DNA of 64,000 nucleotides from Escherichia coli (GTDB taxonomy: Bacteria > Pseudomonadota > Gammaproteobacteria > Enterobacterales > Enterobacteriaceae): assembly GCA_029351405.1 (NCBI GenBank), contig GCA_029351405.1_4841.1, one strand, 5' to 3'. The translations under genes and the position numbers were made by a program. Below, piece after piece: positions 8,245-17,731 of the stretch. The notes beneath the pieces were generated by a model. The model saw only the letters and a list, made by a program, of their open reading frames with translations, had not been told where the DNA came from and did no database searches. Positions within the stretch are counted from its first letter, which is position 1. Each line of letters starts with the position of its first letter.

Positions 8245-10446
8245 TTAGATTTTGATTTCTTTCTCTGTCAGTTCGGCAGTGACCTTGTACTTCACCCCAT
8301 CCACTTCAACTTCCATGGTGGACTCTTCCAGGTCGAGGTCGGTGAACCAGCCATGACCAGCAACGATACCATACACCACTTTAGACAGCGTCTTGTTCAG
8401 GGCGCGGACTTCGGTGATGGCCGCCTTGGTAGCAGCGTCGATCCAGTTTTCGATCAGCTGTTTCTGTAGGGCTTCAGGCACGGCAGTGATCATAGGAGAC
8501 TTCACAAATGCTTCGTACTCTTTCAGAGCATTGGCGATGAACAAGTCACCAGCATTGAGTTTCTTGTTCTCGGCGATCTTCTTCTGTACTGCCGCGATGC
8601 TCGGTAGTGAAGATGCCCCGGCGATCTTAACGTTCAGCTCACGGCTCATGTAGACGTCCGTGGAGTCCTTCAGTTCGGTCTTCGGTGAGAAGCCGTAATC
8701 GCGGATGCCGTAGGAGGACAGGAACTCGGCCGCCTCAGCGCCGTACTGTACTGCCAGGCCTTTGGCGTTACCCTTACCAACCAGGGCGTCTCGATAGAAC
8801 TTCAGTACCTTCTGCTTGCCTTTCAGGGCTTCCAGGCGGACATTATCCGCAAAGAACTGAGCAGCACTGATGTTCTTGACCATGGCGCGGTTGACCAGCG
8901 GTACGCTTTCCAGGTTCAGGATGAACACTTCCGGACCACCAAACACGTGGACGCCCATTTCGATCAGCTTCTGTACAACTTCGATATCAGCCTTGAACGG
9001 CAGAGTCTTCACGTTAATGATACCGTCTTTGACGATGGTGTAGTTGCGCCACTGGAAAGTATCCAGTTCTTCAGGCAGGCCAAACTTCTTCTGTGCGAAT
9101 TCAGGCACAGCCACAGTACCGTGTTGAATTGTACGCACACTGATGTTCGGGCGCTCGGAGTTATAGACCAAATCGCTGATTGGCACAACACCCAGGTCGT
9201 TGGTAGGTTCGAACGTCGGGTTCCACTCTTCGTGTTCTGCCAGCTTGAGAGCCAGGGCTTTACGCTCTTCTTTGGACTGAGCATTCGCGATCTGTTCTGC
9301 CAGCTTGTCTTCGGTGTCGTCGGTTTTCTGCACAGTACCGCGCCCGATACTCTTATAGGAGAACATCGGATGCTTGGTAGCAACAGGCACACCAGCTTCA
9401 GCCAGGTACGTCAGCACATCAACGACGGTTGTCGCATCTTCAGCCGGAACCATGTCATAGTCAATACCGTCAACGCCGCGCAGCTGGTCATCAACAATCG
9501 CCTGAACCAGATCGTTCTTGATGTTGGAGTAGTCCTGCTTGGTGAAGCAGTTGCTGTACTGTTTGATGAAGCGAACGTCGCCCGTCTTCTTCAGCGCAGC
9601 CCAAACCAGATCTGCGTCCATAGTGTGTACGCCGTAGAACGCCAGCACGTATGCCGCCTGGATGTCCGTCAGGCTATCCATCTGGTCGATCATGTTAGGG
9701 TTTACAACCCACAGCTTGGTGACGCTCTCAGGGATGCTCACATAGCCGACCGGGTGAGAGTCATCGTCCTGTACCGCCAGCACTGTTGCCACACCGTTTT
9801 CGACGTAGATTGCATGGGTGTAGATGACTGGGACATCAACTTTCACCTTCGGCACTGATGACTTCAGCACGTTTTCCAGTTCGTTCTGGTATTCGGTCTG
9901 ACCTTCGGCAAACACGTGAGTAGCACCGGAGCGTTCGGCCATCTGCGCCAGCAGTTCGCGGTTACAGTACCAGCCGTATTCGATAAATGTAATGTTATCG
10001 AAAGCAAATGGCAGGGTCTCAGCAACCAGTAAGATTTCGTTGGTACGCCAGCAGTTGTCATAACCATCGGTCATGAATGCCAGGTTGTTGACGTAGCCAG
10101 GTTTCTTCAGGTCACGCGCAGTATCCATCGCCAGTTTCAATGGCTCAACGAAACCAGTACAGCCGGATGGTTGCAGGAAACGGTCGATCAGTTTGTTCAG
10201 CTCGCTCAGGTCAGATGCGACACCGATCTGACGCCCGGCAAATACCGTTCCGAAATCACCGCGAGATGAAAAGTAAAGGATGCTCACAGTATCTTCGGGT
10301 TTCACCAGGGAAGGTAGGTTCTCCTTCAGATGCTTACGGACTTCTGGAAGTGAACGATACATGGAACCGGAGATATCCACAACGATTACATGGTTAGACG
10401 GCGCGACGGTCGCAACCGCATTCTTAAATGTTAATGATTCAATCAT
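8245..10446 (-). CDS. von Willebrand factor type A (vWA) domain protein
   Basis: ORF 8245-10584 trimmed to ATG 10446 (MIESLTF...); N-terminal MIDAS motif VVDISGSM ... MTDGYD; about 500-aa uncharacterised C-terminal region. Confidence 0.7.
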   Translation of the reverse strand: MIESLTFKNAVATVAPSNHVIVVDISGSMYRSLPEVRKHLKENLPSLVKPEDTVSILYFSSRGDFGTVFAGRQIGVASDLSELNKLIDRFLQPSGCTGFVEPLKLAMDTARDLKKPGYVNNLAFMTDGYDNCWRTNEILLVAETLPFAFDNITFIEYGWYCNRELLAQMAERSGATHVFAEGQTEYQNELENVLKSSVPKVKVDVPVIYTHAIYVENGVATVLAVQDDDSHPVGYVSIPESVTKLWVVNPNMIDQMDSLTDIQAAYVLAFYGVHTMDADLVWAALKKTGDVRFIKQYSNCFTKQDYSNIKNDLVQAIVDDQLRGVDGIDYDMVPAEDATTVVDVLTYLAEAGVPVATKHPMFSYKSIGRGTVQKTDDTEDKLAEQIANAQSKEERKALALKLAEHEEWNPTFEPTNDLGVVPISDLVYNSERPNISVRTIQHGTVAVPEFAQKKFGLPEELDTFQWRNYTIVKDGIINVKTLPFKADIEVVQKLIEMGVHVFGGPEVFILNLESVPLVNRAMVKNISAAQFFADNVRLEALKGKQKVLKFYRDALVGKGNAKGLAVQYGAEAAEFLSSYGIRDYGFSPKTELKDSTDVYMSRELNVKIAGASSLPSIAAVQKKIAENKKLNAGDLFIANALKEYEAFVKSPMITAVPEALQKQLIENWIDAATKAAITEVRALNKTLSKVVYGIVAGHGWFTDLDLEESTMEVEVDGVKYKVTAELTEKEIKI

Positions 10447-10615
10447 CGTTTTGACCTTTTTGGGCTTTGGAGTGTTTGGAGTTCGCGTCGGCGTTCTCCA
10501 GCATAGTTTCAATGAAATCCCGGTTGTTTTCCATTTGGGCGACCAGAACATCACTGGGGCGGAATGATTTGTCAAGACAATCAAGTCCGGCGCGTTTTAA
10601 TTTGTTGTCGGTCAT
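10439..10615 (-). CDS. small hypothetical protein
   Basis: 58 codons from ATG 10615 (listed ORF begins at a TTG); weak RBS. Confidence 0.25.
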   Translation of the reverse strand: MTDNKLKRAGLDCLDKSFRPSDVLVAQMENNRDFIETMLENADANSKHSKAQKGQNDD

Positions 10616-10660
10616 CAGGCTCTCGTGAGTTATATTTCCCAACTATTTCAACATGGAACT

Positions 10661-10691
10661 ATTATATTACGACAGGCGGTATTGATGTCAA
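10661..10691 (-). promoter_or_regulatory. sigma70-like promoter (TTGACA-17 nt-TAATAT)
   Basis: Minus-strand TTGACATCAATACCGCCTGTCGTAATATAAT in the AT-rich spacer upstream of the vWA operon. Confidence 0.4.
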
Positions 10692-10765
10692 TTAATATAA
10701 TAAAAATACCCGATTGAATATAACCGGGCATTATATTATTGACAGGTTGAAATATTATTCAGAGC

Positions 10766-11638
10766 TTATTTAAAGGAGTCTACAATGGATTTGAAAATAT
10801 AATCTTTGGAGCGCTGTTGTACCGGGAGTTCTCCATACGGAACCATGCAAGGGTGTTGTTTGGTCTGAGGGTCTTTGACTGGGCCATACACCCAACCCTC
10901 AGACTCCTTCTCCGCCATCCATCTCTCATGCGATTCGCTGGGCTTACGATCACCAGTGAGGTGGAAGATAACACCTTTGCAAGCGCTCTCACGTTGCCAG
11001 GCCGGAGATTGTTCCCAAGGCAGTTGAGAGTCGTCACCAACAGACTTACAGTATGCGCGGTTGGCTTCATGACAAATCTTGGCGATGCGCAGAACCAATG
11101 GCGAATAAGTGAGATCGAGTTTGGAGTTGGCGCGCAGGAAATCACTAACAGTCTTACGAGATTTGGCGTTATGAGATTCAACAACAAGTTCCATGTCATC
11201 CGGCCCACAAACGAAAGACGCCAAGAAGCGCTCACCATTTTCCGCTCTGAACGTCACGTCCTGAATCATCACATTGAAGCCGAGGTGATAGGCCGGATAG
11301 AGGGCGCTACGTTCAACAGCGTATTGATCGATCCGGATCTCTGCCGTTTCCGTGGCTTTGGCCAACAGATCTTGTTCAACAAGCGCCCGGTACGTCTCGA
11401 GCTGCCACAGCTGGTCGAAGGTATTATTGTAGGAAATCTCTTTGCCCAGGGCTTCATCGAAGTTGGCAGGGTCTATGGATGTGCTGGGCTTGGTGCCGTG
11501 AACGACGAAGCCGTTATCCATCTTGAAATGACAAGTGATAGCCCGGTGACCGCCGACTTCGCGGTCTTCGTAAATCACCTCAGCGATATGTGACTTCAGG
11601 ACTTCAGGAGTGAGTTTTATGCCAGTACGAGTTGTCAT
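10766..11638 (-). CDS. hypothetical two-domain protein (C-terminal RyR-like region suspected)
   Basis: 290 aa; the C-terminal stretch HERWMAEKESEGWVYGPVKDPQTKQHPCMVPYGELP resembles phage RyR-domain proteins; not verifiable without HMM search. Confidence 0.5.
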   Translation of the reverse strand: MTTRTGIKLTPEVLKSHIAEVIYEDREVGGHRAITCHFKMDNGFVVHGTKPSTSIDPANFDEALGKEISYNNTFDQLWQLETYRALVEQDLLAKATETAEIRIDQYAVERSALYPAYHLGFNVMIQDVTFRAENGERFLASFVCGPDDMELVVESHNAKSRKTVSDFLRANSKLDLTYSPLVLRIAKICHEANRAYCKSVGDDSQLPWEQSPAWQRESACKGVIFHLTGDRKPSESHERWMAEKESEGWVYGPVKDPQTKQHPCMVPYGELPVQQRSKDYIFKSIVDSFK

Positions 11639-11646
11639 GTGTTATC

Positions 11647-12021
11647 CTATGATAGTTGTTTACAGACCTCCACTACTTTACGACACATATCGATATTGAA
11701 CAACCCAATATGACAATCGCGCTTCTTGATCCCCAGCTTATGCGCCAGCCAACTGTAAGCGTCGCTCCTGCTCAACTCTCCGCTTTTCCACAGTGGGTCA
11801 AACGATCTATGGGCTTCCTGCTTAGCAGCACGGAGAGCGGCATTCGCCATCCTTCCCAAAGGTTGTCTGCCGTCGCCATGGGCATGGCAACCGACACGGG
11901 CATCACATGGGGTACATACCCAGAACTTCAGATTGCGGAGGTCAGGACGATGAGGGTAGAGAACATCACCACCGACGAATTCGGCTGGGAGGCCACAGTA
12001 ATCACATATAACAGGTTCCAT
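11647..12021 (-). CDS. zinc-ribbon protein
   Basis: ORF trimmed to ATG 12021; CDYCG ... CTPCD cysteine pairs. Confidence 0.45.
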   Translation of the reverse strand: MEPVICDYCGLPAEFVGGDVLYPHRPDLRNLKFWVCTPCDARVGCHAHGDGRQPLGRMANAALRAAKQEAHRSFDPLWKSGELSRSDAYSWLAHKLGIKKRDCHIGLFNIDMCRKVVEVCKQLS

Positions 12022-12040
12022 ATTCTTTGTCCAAAAGAAA

Positions 12041-12057
12041 CCCCGCACATGGCGGGG
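12041..12057 (-). terminator. hairpin CCCCGC-ACATG-GCGGGG plus T-tract
   Basis: Downstream of the 123-aa gene. Confidence 0.45.
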
Positions 12058-12081
12058 TTGCTCAGGCCGAGGCCAACAGGG

Positions 12082-12453
12082 TTATTTCAGCAGCGCTTCC
12101 AGTTCTTCAATAGATTTGCCTTCCAGCTCCTGCTGTTTCTTACGCTGGATCAGCTCCAGGATAACCTGGTTGTTCGCCTTACGCTCTGCCGCGTCTTTGA
12201 TGTCGTCGCGTTCTTTCAGCTTAACACCGATGATGTGCTTGACAACGTCGAAGCGCAGCTGCAATTCGGAATCAACGTTGCTTTTGGTGCCAATGAAATC
12301 TTCTTCATCGGTTTCTGCTGCTTTCACCTGACGGCTCAGACCTTTCGCCATTTCGTTCAGGGCGGTCAGGCTCAGATCCCAAACCTGCTCAACAGACAGC
12401 AGACCTTTGTTAGACTCGAAGCGCAGTTTCAGACGGGTTACTTTATCAAACAT
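12082..12453 (-). CDS. hypothetical coiled-coil protein
   Basis: 123 aa, charged heptad-like C-terminus; GAGGA RBS. Confidence 0.5.
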   Translation of the reverse strand: MFDKVTRLKLRFESNKGLLSVEQVWDLSLTALNEMAKGLSRQVKAAETDEEDFIGTKSNVDSELQLRFDVVKHIIGVKLKERDDIKDAAERKANNQVILELIQRKKQQELEGKSIEELEALLK

Positions 12454-12497
12454 TTTACTATCCTCAATGATGAATGGGTCACAATTTCAAATCAGGT

Positions 12498-14516
12498 TTA
12501 GAACACAACTTTCACAGTGCGGTTGAACGAGCCGCTCACCTTCACGAACACGTGGTTGCGTTGGGTGGTAGAGAAGCCCAGACCGGACAGCTGCTCAGTG
12601 CTTGGCTGTACTTTAATCTTACCACCTAACATTTCAAAAACCTTGCGGTGTTTATCAAGTTCCGGCTTCAGATATTCGTTATAGAAGCCACGGGTGCCGA
12701 CAGGGTTAGCACAACCTTCCAGGATGAAGAACACGTGCTTGTTGCCAGTCTGCTCACCGTCCCAATGGTTTGGTGAGTTCAGAACCAGCTGTACCTTCTG
12801 GAAGACCGAGGTCTTGATGCCCCAGATTTCCTGAGAGCGAGCGTCGTCCTTCAGGGTAGAACGGATGTCTACCACCTGACCAGCGCGGACATCAATCACA
12901 ACAGCCAGAGTGCGATCTTTGTGCTTCAGACCAGGATGCGAAAAACGCTTGGTCTGGCCTTTGTATTCAACTTCGATTTCGAAGCCCATATCACAGGTTT
13001 CACGCTGGCTGAAGTTAGTGACATAGAACTCGTACAGACCATCACGCAGCTTGCGTTCATCGCTGAAGAAGATGTTCTCCACCGGGCGGCGGTTGGGATC
13101 AATGCCGTCCATACCGTTCATGTCGATATCCAGGGTTGCGCCAGTTGCCGAACGACGGTTGTGATAATACACGTGGTTGTGAAGAGGATCGTTCAGGCTC
13201 AGATCCAGGTCGTCGTTGTTATGCCAAGCCAGTGACACGCGGAGGAAGCTGTCGACATTGCCGCCTGCGGTCTTCACGCGCTCTTTGATAGAGTCGGCCA
13301 CTTCGCCATTGTACGACCAGCTGAAGCCGTTGTTCCACTTGAACAGGTTAGGAGCGCCTGCGGTAGCCGGAGCGATCAGGGACATCAGGTTGCCAATGTG
13401 AGAGTTTTCGACCAGCACTTCCAGGGAATGCGCCTTTGGCAACACGTTGGTCAGGAAGTCGTCGATCGTGATCTCTTCAACCTTGTCCAGGGACTTGGTC
13501 GGAGTCTTCACTTCAGACGCCAGCTGAGCAAACGGGTCCATCTTCTTCTGAGCTGCCAGATCGGCGAACAGAACGTTGTTGATGGTCAGATCGTCATACA
13601 CGGCATAACGGCGACCCAGTGAATCAGTCAGACCCAGCGCTTCGACTTCTTTCTGCGCGTTTTCAATCATAGACTTCGTGACCAGCGCGGTTGGGCGCTT
13701 GTAGTTCGTCGGAGCGACTTTGGTTTCAAAGGACTTCACGGCGGTTTCCAGATCCCGGCCTTCATTGAGGTCTACCAGCAGAGAGCCAATCACGGTATTA
13801 CGAATGCCGTGAGGGGTATGACCGTTTGCACGGTAGCCAGTGCGCCAAGCCCACAGAGCGCGTTTCTCTTCTGCAGTTTGTTCGTACAGGGTCTTGTTCA
13901 CCACAAACGCCTGCACTGCCGCTTTGTGCTCTTCACCGCGATACAGAGAATTCTGGTCGATCAATTCCAGAACGATTTCAGCCGATTCCAGAGACAGTTC
14001 ACGCAGGCCGCGCTCAAACACTTCAATCGCCTGGCGGATTTCACCCTTCTTAGAAGCGATGGCATCTGCCCGCAGAACATAGCTGCCCAGCAGGTCGGTG
14101 TGGAAGTGGTTGTAGGTGCGGACAATACCGTCTTTCATTTCGTGATTCGACCCAACACCAACTTTCTTGGTGTCGTTGAAGTACACGTCGACGATTGCGT
14201 GCTGCTTAACATACGCTGACAGCGCCGCAGCGACAACGTCATATTCGTTACCCAGCTGAATGTTATCCCAGATAGAGATCACGTTCAGGTCGGAGTCGAT
14301 GGTGACCACACCGCCGATGTTACGGATGAATTGTTTACAGCAGGTGCAGTCGTGCTCGGTACGCTCACGGTAGAGCGGGTTGGTACCAGCAGGGAAAGAA
14401 GACAGATACAGATCCCACAGAGCATCTTTATCGATGTTGGTCATGAACAGACCAGTTGCTGACATGGCCAGCACGTTATTGTTGACAGCTACTGCGAAGG
14501 GCTTAAAATCTGACAT
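12498..14516 (-). CDS. large hypothetical protein (672 aa)
   Basis: Uninterrupted ORF, ATG with AGGAAG RBS; no Walker or GHKL motifs seen. Confidence 0.6.
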   Translation of the reverse strand: MSDFKPFAVAVNNNVLAMSATGLFMTNIDKDALWDLYLSSFPAGTNPLYRERTEHDCTCCKQFIRNIGGVVTIDSDLNVISIWDNIQLGNEYDVVAAALSAYVKQHAIVDVYFNDTKKVGVGSNHEMKDGIVRTYNHFHTDLLGSYVLRADAIASKKGEIRQAIEVFERGLRELSLESAEIVLELIDQNSLYRGEEHKAAVQAFVVNKTLYEQTAEEKRALWAWRTGYRANGHTPHGIRNTVIGSLLVDLNEGRDLETAVKSFETKVAPTNYKRPTALVTKSMIENAQKEVEALGLTDSLGRRYAVYDDLTINNVLFADLAAQKKMDPFAQLASEVKTPTKSLDKVEEITIDDFLTNVLPKAHSLEVLVENSHIGNLMSLIAPATAGAPNLFKWNNGFSWSYNGEVADSIKERVKTAGGNVDSFLRVSLAWHNNDDLDLSLNDPLHNHVYYHNRRSATGATLDIDMNGMDGIDPNRRPVENIFFSDERKLRDGLYEFYVTNFSQRETCDMGFEIEVEYKGQTKRFSHPGLKHKDRTLAVVIDVRAGQVVDIRSTLKDDARSQEIWGIKTSVFQKVQLVLNSPNHWDGEQTGNKHVFFILEGCANPVGTRGFYNEYLKPELDKHRKVFEMLGGKIKVQPSTEQLSGLGFSTTQRNHVFVKVSGSFNRTVKVVF

Positions 14517-14630
14517 GATGTAATCTTCCTGTTTCAGTTCAAATGTGCGCCCCGTTTGCCAGGGCGCTTCGTTTAAGTGAGGTCAATATACGCTGGATTG
14601 AGTTATTGAAGAACGAAGTAAAGGGAATCT

Positions 14631-15854
14631 TTATTCAGGTTTCTTCAAACGGTCCAGCAAATTGACGGAACCACGTTTGAGCACGACTTCATCACAGCGC
14701 TTTTTGTATTCCCCACCGCCGTCATAGCTGACCTTGCCCCGAGGTTTTTCACCGCGCCCAACCGCCTCAACACAGCGGGTGTACTTGCTCAGTTCACAGA
14801 ACATGTTCTCCAGCTGCATAACGTTCATGCACTGATCTACAGGCTCTTCAGCCGACCAGAATTGCTCACGAACATACCCATATTGGGAATACACCGCGTC
14901 CTGATTGTCCCGCAACCAGAAGATGCATTCTTCATGCGTCATGCCATCTTTGTCCTGGAACATCAGATCAATCCCTGCGCGACAGCCTGGTCCAGCAACC
15001 GTGAAGTGGTTCTCACTGAAAGGATATCCAGGAATGTACGTGAAATCAACCCAGATCTGATAGGCCAGGAATGGACCAAGCCCTTCGATGTCGTCATACA
15101 TGCGCTGGTATACTTCCAGAGGAGTACCAAGGCGCAGCAAGTCATGGAAATAGTTTGGATACTTGTTGACGAATGCCTTCAGAGAACGGATAACACGCAT
15201 CGGCATGTATGGTTCCCATCCCTCGATGGTATATTCACCAGGATTCTCTTCGACCAGCTTTTTGGCGACCTTGTAGTCCATCTCGTCCACAATACCCTGG
15301 CCAACGCGATACACTTTCACCATCATCCCACCGAAGCGCTGCTCCTTGTGGTTGACAACCAGCTCAGGGAAAGCCAGGCATTGCTTCAGGCCGCCCGTGT
15401 TGAAGGCATTGGTGAATACCTTACCGCCGTCGGCCTCGAACTTCTGAAGTCGTTCGCGGGTTGCATCAAGGTTGATCTTGGCGAATTCTTTGATCGTCAT
15501 CGCGCCGCCGATAGCCTGGATTGGATCCCAGAGGTTGAACATGCGGAACAACACGCAGTTGAACATCTTGTCGGCCATACCCAGAGCATCGTTGTTGACG
15601 ATGTTGTTGATCAGGTTGAGAGACTGCCTGTCGTGCTCTCTCCGGACATTACAGAACTTGACCTGCCGTAATATGGGATTATCAGTCCAAGGAGCAGGAA
15701 GGCGCTGGACATCCTTCTTGACGTGGATCTGATAACGATCGCGCATCCATTCGTAAGACAGGCGGGTATGGGTCGGACTGAGAACCGGTTTGGCCGACTT
15801 TATCTTTTCTTCACGGACACCGCAGTACGGGACGTCTAGGGCTTTATCTTTCAT
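14631..15854 (-). CDS. hypothetical protein (407 aa)
   Basis: ATG with AGAGGA RBS; no recognisable catalytic motif by eye. Confidence 0.6.
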   Translation of the reverse strand: MKDKALDVPYCGVREEKIKSAKPVLSPTHTRLSYEWMRDRYQIHVKKDVQRLPAPWTDNPILRQVKFCNVRREHDRQSLNLINNIVNNDALGMADKMFNCVLFRMFNLWDPIQAIGGAMTIKEFAKINLDATRERLQKFEADGGKVFTNAFNTGGLKQCLAFPELVVNHKEQRFGGMMVKVYRVGQGIVDEMDYKVAKKLVEENPGEYTIEGWEPYMPMRVIRSLKAFVNKYPNYFHDLLRLGTPLEVYQRMYDDIEGLGPFLAYQIWVDFTYIPGYPFSENHFTVAGPGCRAGIDLMFQDKDGMTHEECIFWLRDNQDAVYSQYGYVREQFWSAEEPVDQCMNVMQLENMFCELSKYTRCVEAVGRGEKPRGKVSYDGGGEYKKRCDEVVLKRGSVNLLDRLKKPE

Positions 15855-15922
15855 GGTATCCTCTTAGAATACGAAAACAGAGGCCATTATAGCCTCTGTT
15901 GTTTAGTGAATAACTGTATATC

Positions 15923-16795
15923 TTAATCGATACGGGTCAGTTGGGTGATAGATGATTGCACTGGGCTGGCCACATAGATACGGACGTTGGCTTTCCATTC
16001 ACCCCAGATCAACGGTAGAGTTGGAAAGTTGTCTTCATTGAAAACAAACACGGGAATGTAGCTCTCGACTGTTTCGCCAGAGAACGCCTGGAAGCCCATC
16101 TTGGTGTATCCCACGATCTCGTCAATAAAATCGAACGGCGCGTAGGCAACACCAGCATGTTCGTTGCATCCGAGTCGACCTGGGGTAGCCGTGCCCGTCA
16201 GAATGATTTCGGTGATCTGGCGCTTAGGCTCGGTGGTCAACATATCAGAGAAGTCAGGCTCTTTGAAGGTTGCCATGTTCTTCAGGAACTTGCCAGCCGG
16301 GTATTCTTTGCCGTCGACGGTGATGGTGTTCACCACTTTGATACACGCCTGAGGGAATTCCCCTTCGATGCGCAGACTTTCGCGTGGGAAGCCTTTGTTG
16401 TAGTAGTAATCCAGTGCTGGCACAACTTCACCTTCATTACGGATGAACTTGCTCATGTTAGAGGCATACACGCGTTGTAGGCATTCGTCACCGTCGAAAC
16501 CAGCAATATGAGCCACACCGTCGTTGACTGTTGTGATGTCGCCCTGAGCATCCATGATCTGGCGCATAATGCCTTTGATGTCGACAACAACGGGTTCTTT
16601 CAGGACTCGCGGAGATGCAGTGAACTCAATTTTCACCTCATGGTCGAAATACGCCGCTTCCAGCAGTTCACGGGTTTCTTCCAGCACCAGTTTCGCCTGA
16701 TTGCGGATCTTGTCAAAATTGGGCGACGTGACATCGCCCTTTGCATTACCGAAAGCCAGATTCAGATTCACGTTCTTAGAAAATGTAGTTGTCAT
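15923..16795 (-). CDS. hypothetical protein (290 aa)
   Basis: ATG with GGAG RBS; sits where T4 has gene 43, downstream of regA. Confidence 0.55.
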   Translation of the reverse strand: MTTTFSKNVNLNLAFGNAKGDVTSPNFDKIRNQAKLVLEETRELLEAAYFDHEVKIEFTASPRVLKEPVVVDIKGIMRQIMDAQGDITTVNDGVAHIAGFDGDECLQRVYASNMSKFIRNEGEVVPALDYYYNKGFPRESLRIEGEFPQACIKVVNTITVDGKEYPAGKFLKNMATFKEPDFSDMLTTEPKRQITEIILTGTATPGRLGCNEHAGVAYAPFDFIDEIVGYTKMGFQAFSGETVESYIPVFVFNEDNFPTLPLIWGEWKANVRIYVASPVQSSITQLTRID

Positions 16796-16811
16796 GATTT
16801 AGCGACTCCAG

Positions 16812-17276
16812 TTATTCGCTTTTGGCCTTTGTAGGCCGGATAATGTATTTTGGGACCAGCTTCCATTCAGGAACCTGATCGTGTTTAACCACTTTAATGC
16901 GTGACATATCAGCGGCTTCGGTGACCTGCTCAGGATGAATGACCTTCACCATGTTCCACTGCTCCAGCAGCTTGATGATTCGGTTCATCCTCAGGACATC
17001 TTCGCGGTTAAATCCGTTGTAATGCCCGTCCAGCATAAATAGATGCTTAAAGTGGACGATATAATACTTACCACACTTATGAAGAATATGGCAAGTCTGA
17101 TACAGAGTATTCGGCTCTTGGCGCGTGTTTACCCCAATTCGACTCAGTGTTTCCTTGATCCCCAGGAATATACCTGGCCGATCTTGGTTCAATTGAACTT
17201 CAACCATACAATCAACGATGCTGGCCTCATCGTTGACTGCTGAAATATTCAATATGTCTAGCGTATTACGCGCCAT
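16812..17276 (-). CDS. regA: RegA-like translational repressor
   Basis: 154 aa; LYQTCHILHKCGKYYIVHFKHLFMLDG and WKLVPKYIIRP match the conserved T4 RegA core; position after the clamp-loader genes matches T4 order. Confidence 0.8.
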   Translation of the reverse strand: MARNTLDILNISAVNDEASIVDCMVEVQLNQDRPGIFLGIKETLSRIGVNTRQEPNTLYQTCHILHKCGKYYIVHFKHLFMLDGHYNGFNREDVLRMNRIIKLLEQWNMVKVIHPEQVTEAADMSRIKVVKHDQVPEWKLVPKYIIRPTKAKSE

Positions 17277-17304
17277 GACTCATTCCCCTTTACAATAGTT
17301 TGAA

Positions 17305-17727
17305 CTACTTAGCCTTGCGCGGTTTCGCTTTGGCGTTCAGCTCAGTGCGTCTCATCTTCTCGCGTATCTCGGCCAGGACTTCCTTCGGCAAGAAACGGAC
17401 GTACTCCGATGCCTTCTCCATGCTGATGTAGAAGTACTCTGAGAGTAACTTCACGTCAGGATCAATCGGACCTTTCTTAGACCATTTGTCGTAGCGTTTC
17501 CGAGCCGGAATGGTGTAAAAGGCATATGACCATTGCATCCATGGAGTGATAGCATGTAGCTTATTCATCTGTTGCGCAGCCACTAGAGTGTCTTTGCTCT
17601 GAGCTAAACCACGCCGCGTCATAAACGGGTCGAATCCTTTCAACACTTCTGGGTCATCAGACCGCAAAAGGTTTTCTTTGCTGCTGTTCAGAGCAGCCAG
17701 GTAATCGAACAATCCAAGGGCGGCCAT
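17305..17727 (-). CDS. clamp loader small subunit (gp62-like), assigned by synteny
   Basis: ORF trimmed to ATG 17727, 5 nt after the gp44-like stop; lies between gp44-like and regA as in T4. Confidence 0.5.
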   Translation of the reverse strand: MAALGLFDYLAALNSSKENLLRSDDPEVLKGFDPFMTRRGLAQSKDTLVAAQQMNKLHAITPWMQWSYAFYTIPARKRYDKWSKKGPIDPDVKLLSEYFYISMEKASEYVRFLPKEVLAEIREKMRRTELNAKAKPRKAK

Positions 17728-17731
17728 AATA

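Noticed and set aside
7804-9858. Long plus-strand ORFs (7804-8469, 8947-9858) overlapping the ACP-like and vWA genes
   Set aside because: They lie antisense to well-supported minus-strand genes with good RBSs and have no ribosome-binding sites; they are shadow ORFs. The same applies to 10817-11593, 11656-12501, 14862-15671, 30372-31076, 31757-32488 and 44729-45481.
10739-10744. Plus-strand TTGACA hexamer that could be a rightward promoter
   Set aside because: No -10-like hexamer lies 16-18 nt downstream and no plus-strand gene follows; the minus-strand promoter in the same spacer is better supported.
12498-14516. Possibility that the 672-aa ORF is rIIA
   Set aside because: The size is similar, but no GHKL ATPase motifs (N-box or DxGxG G1-box) are present in the N-terminal region, so it is left as hypothetical.
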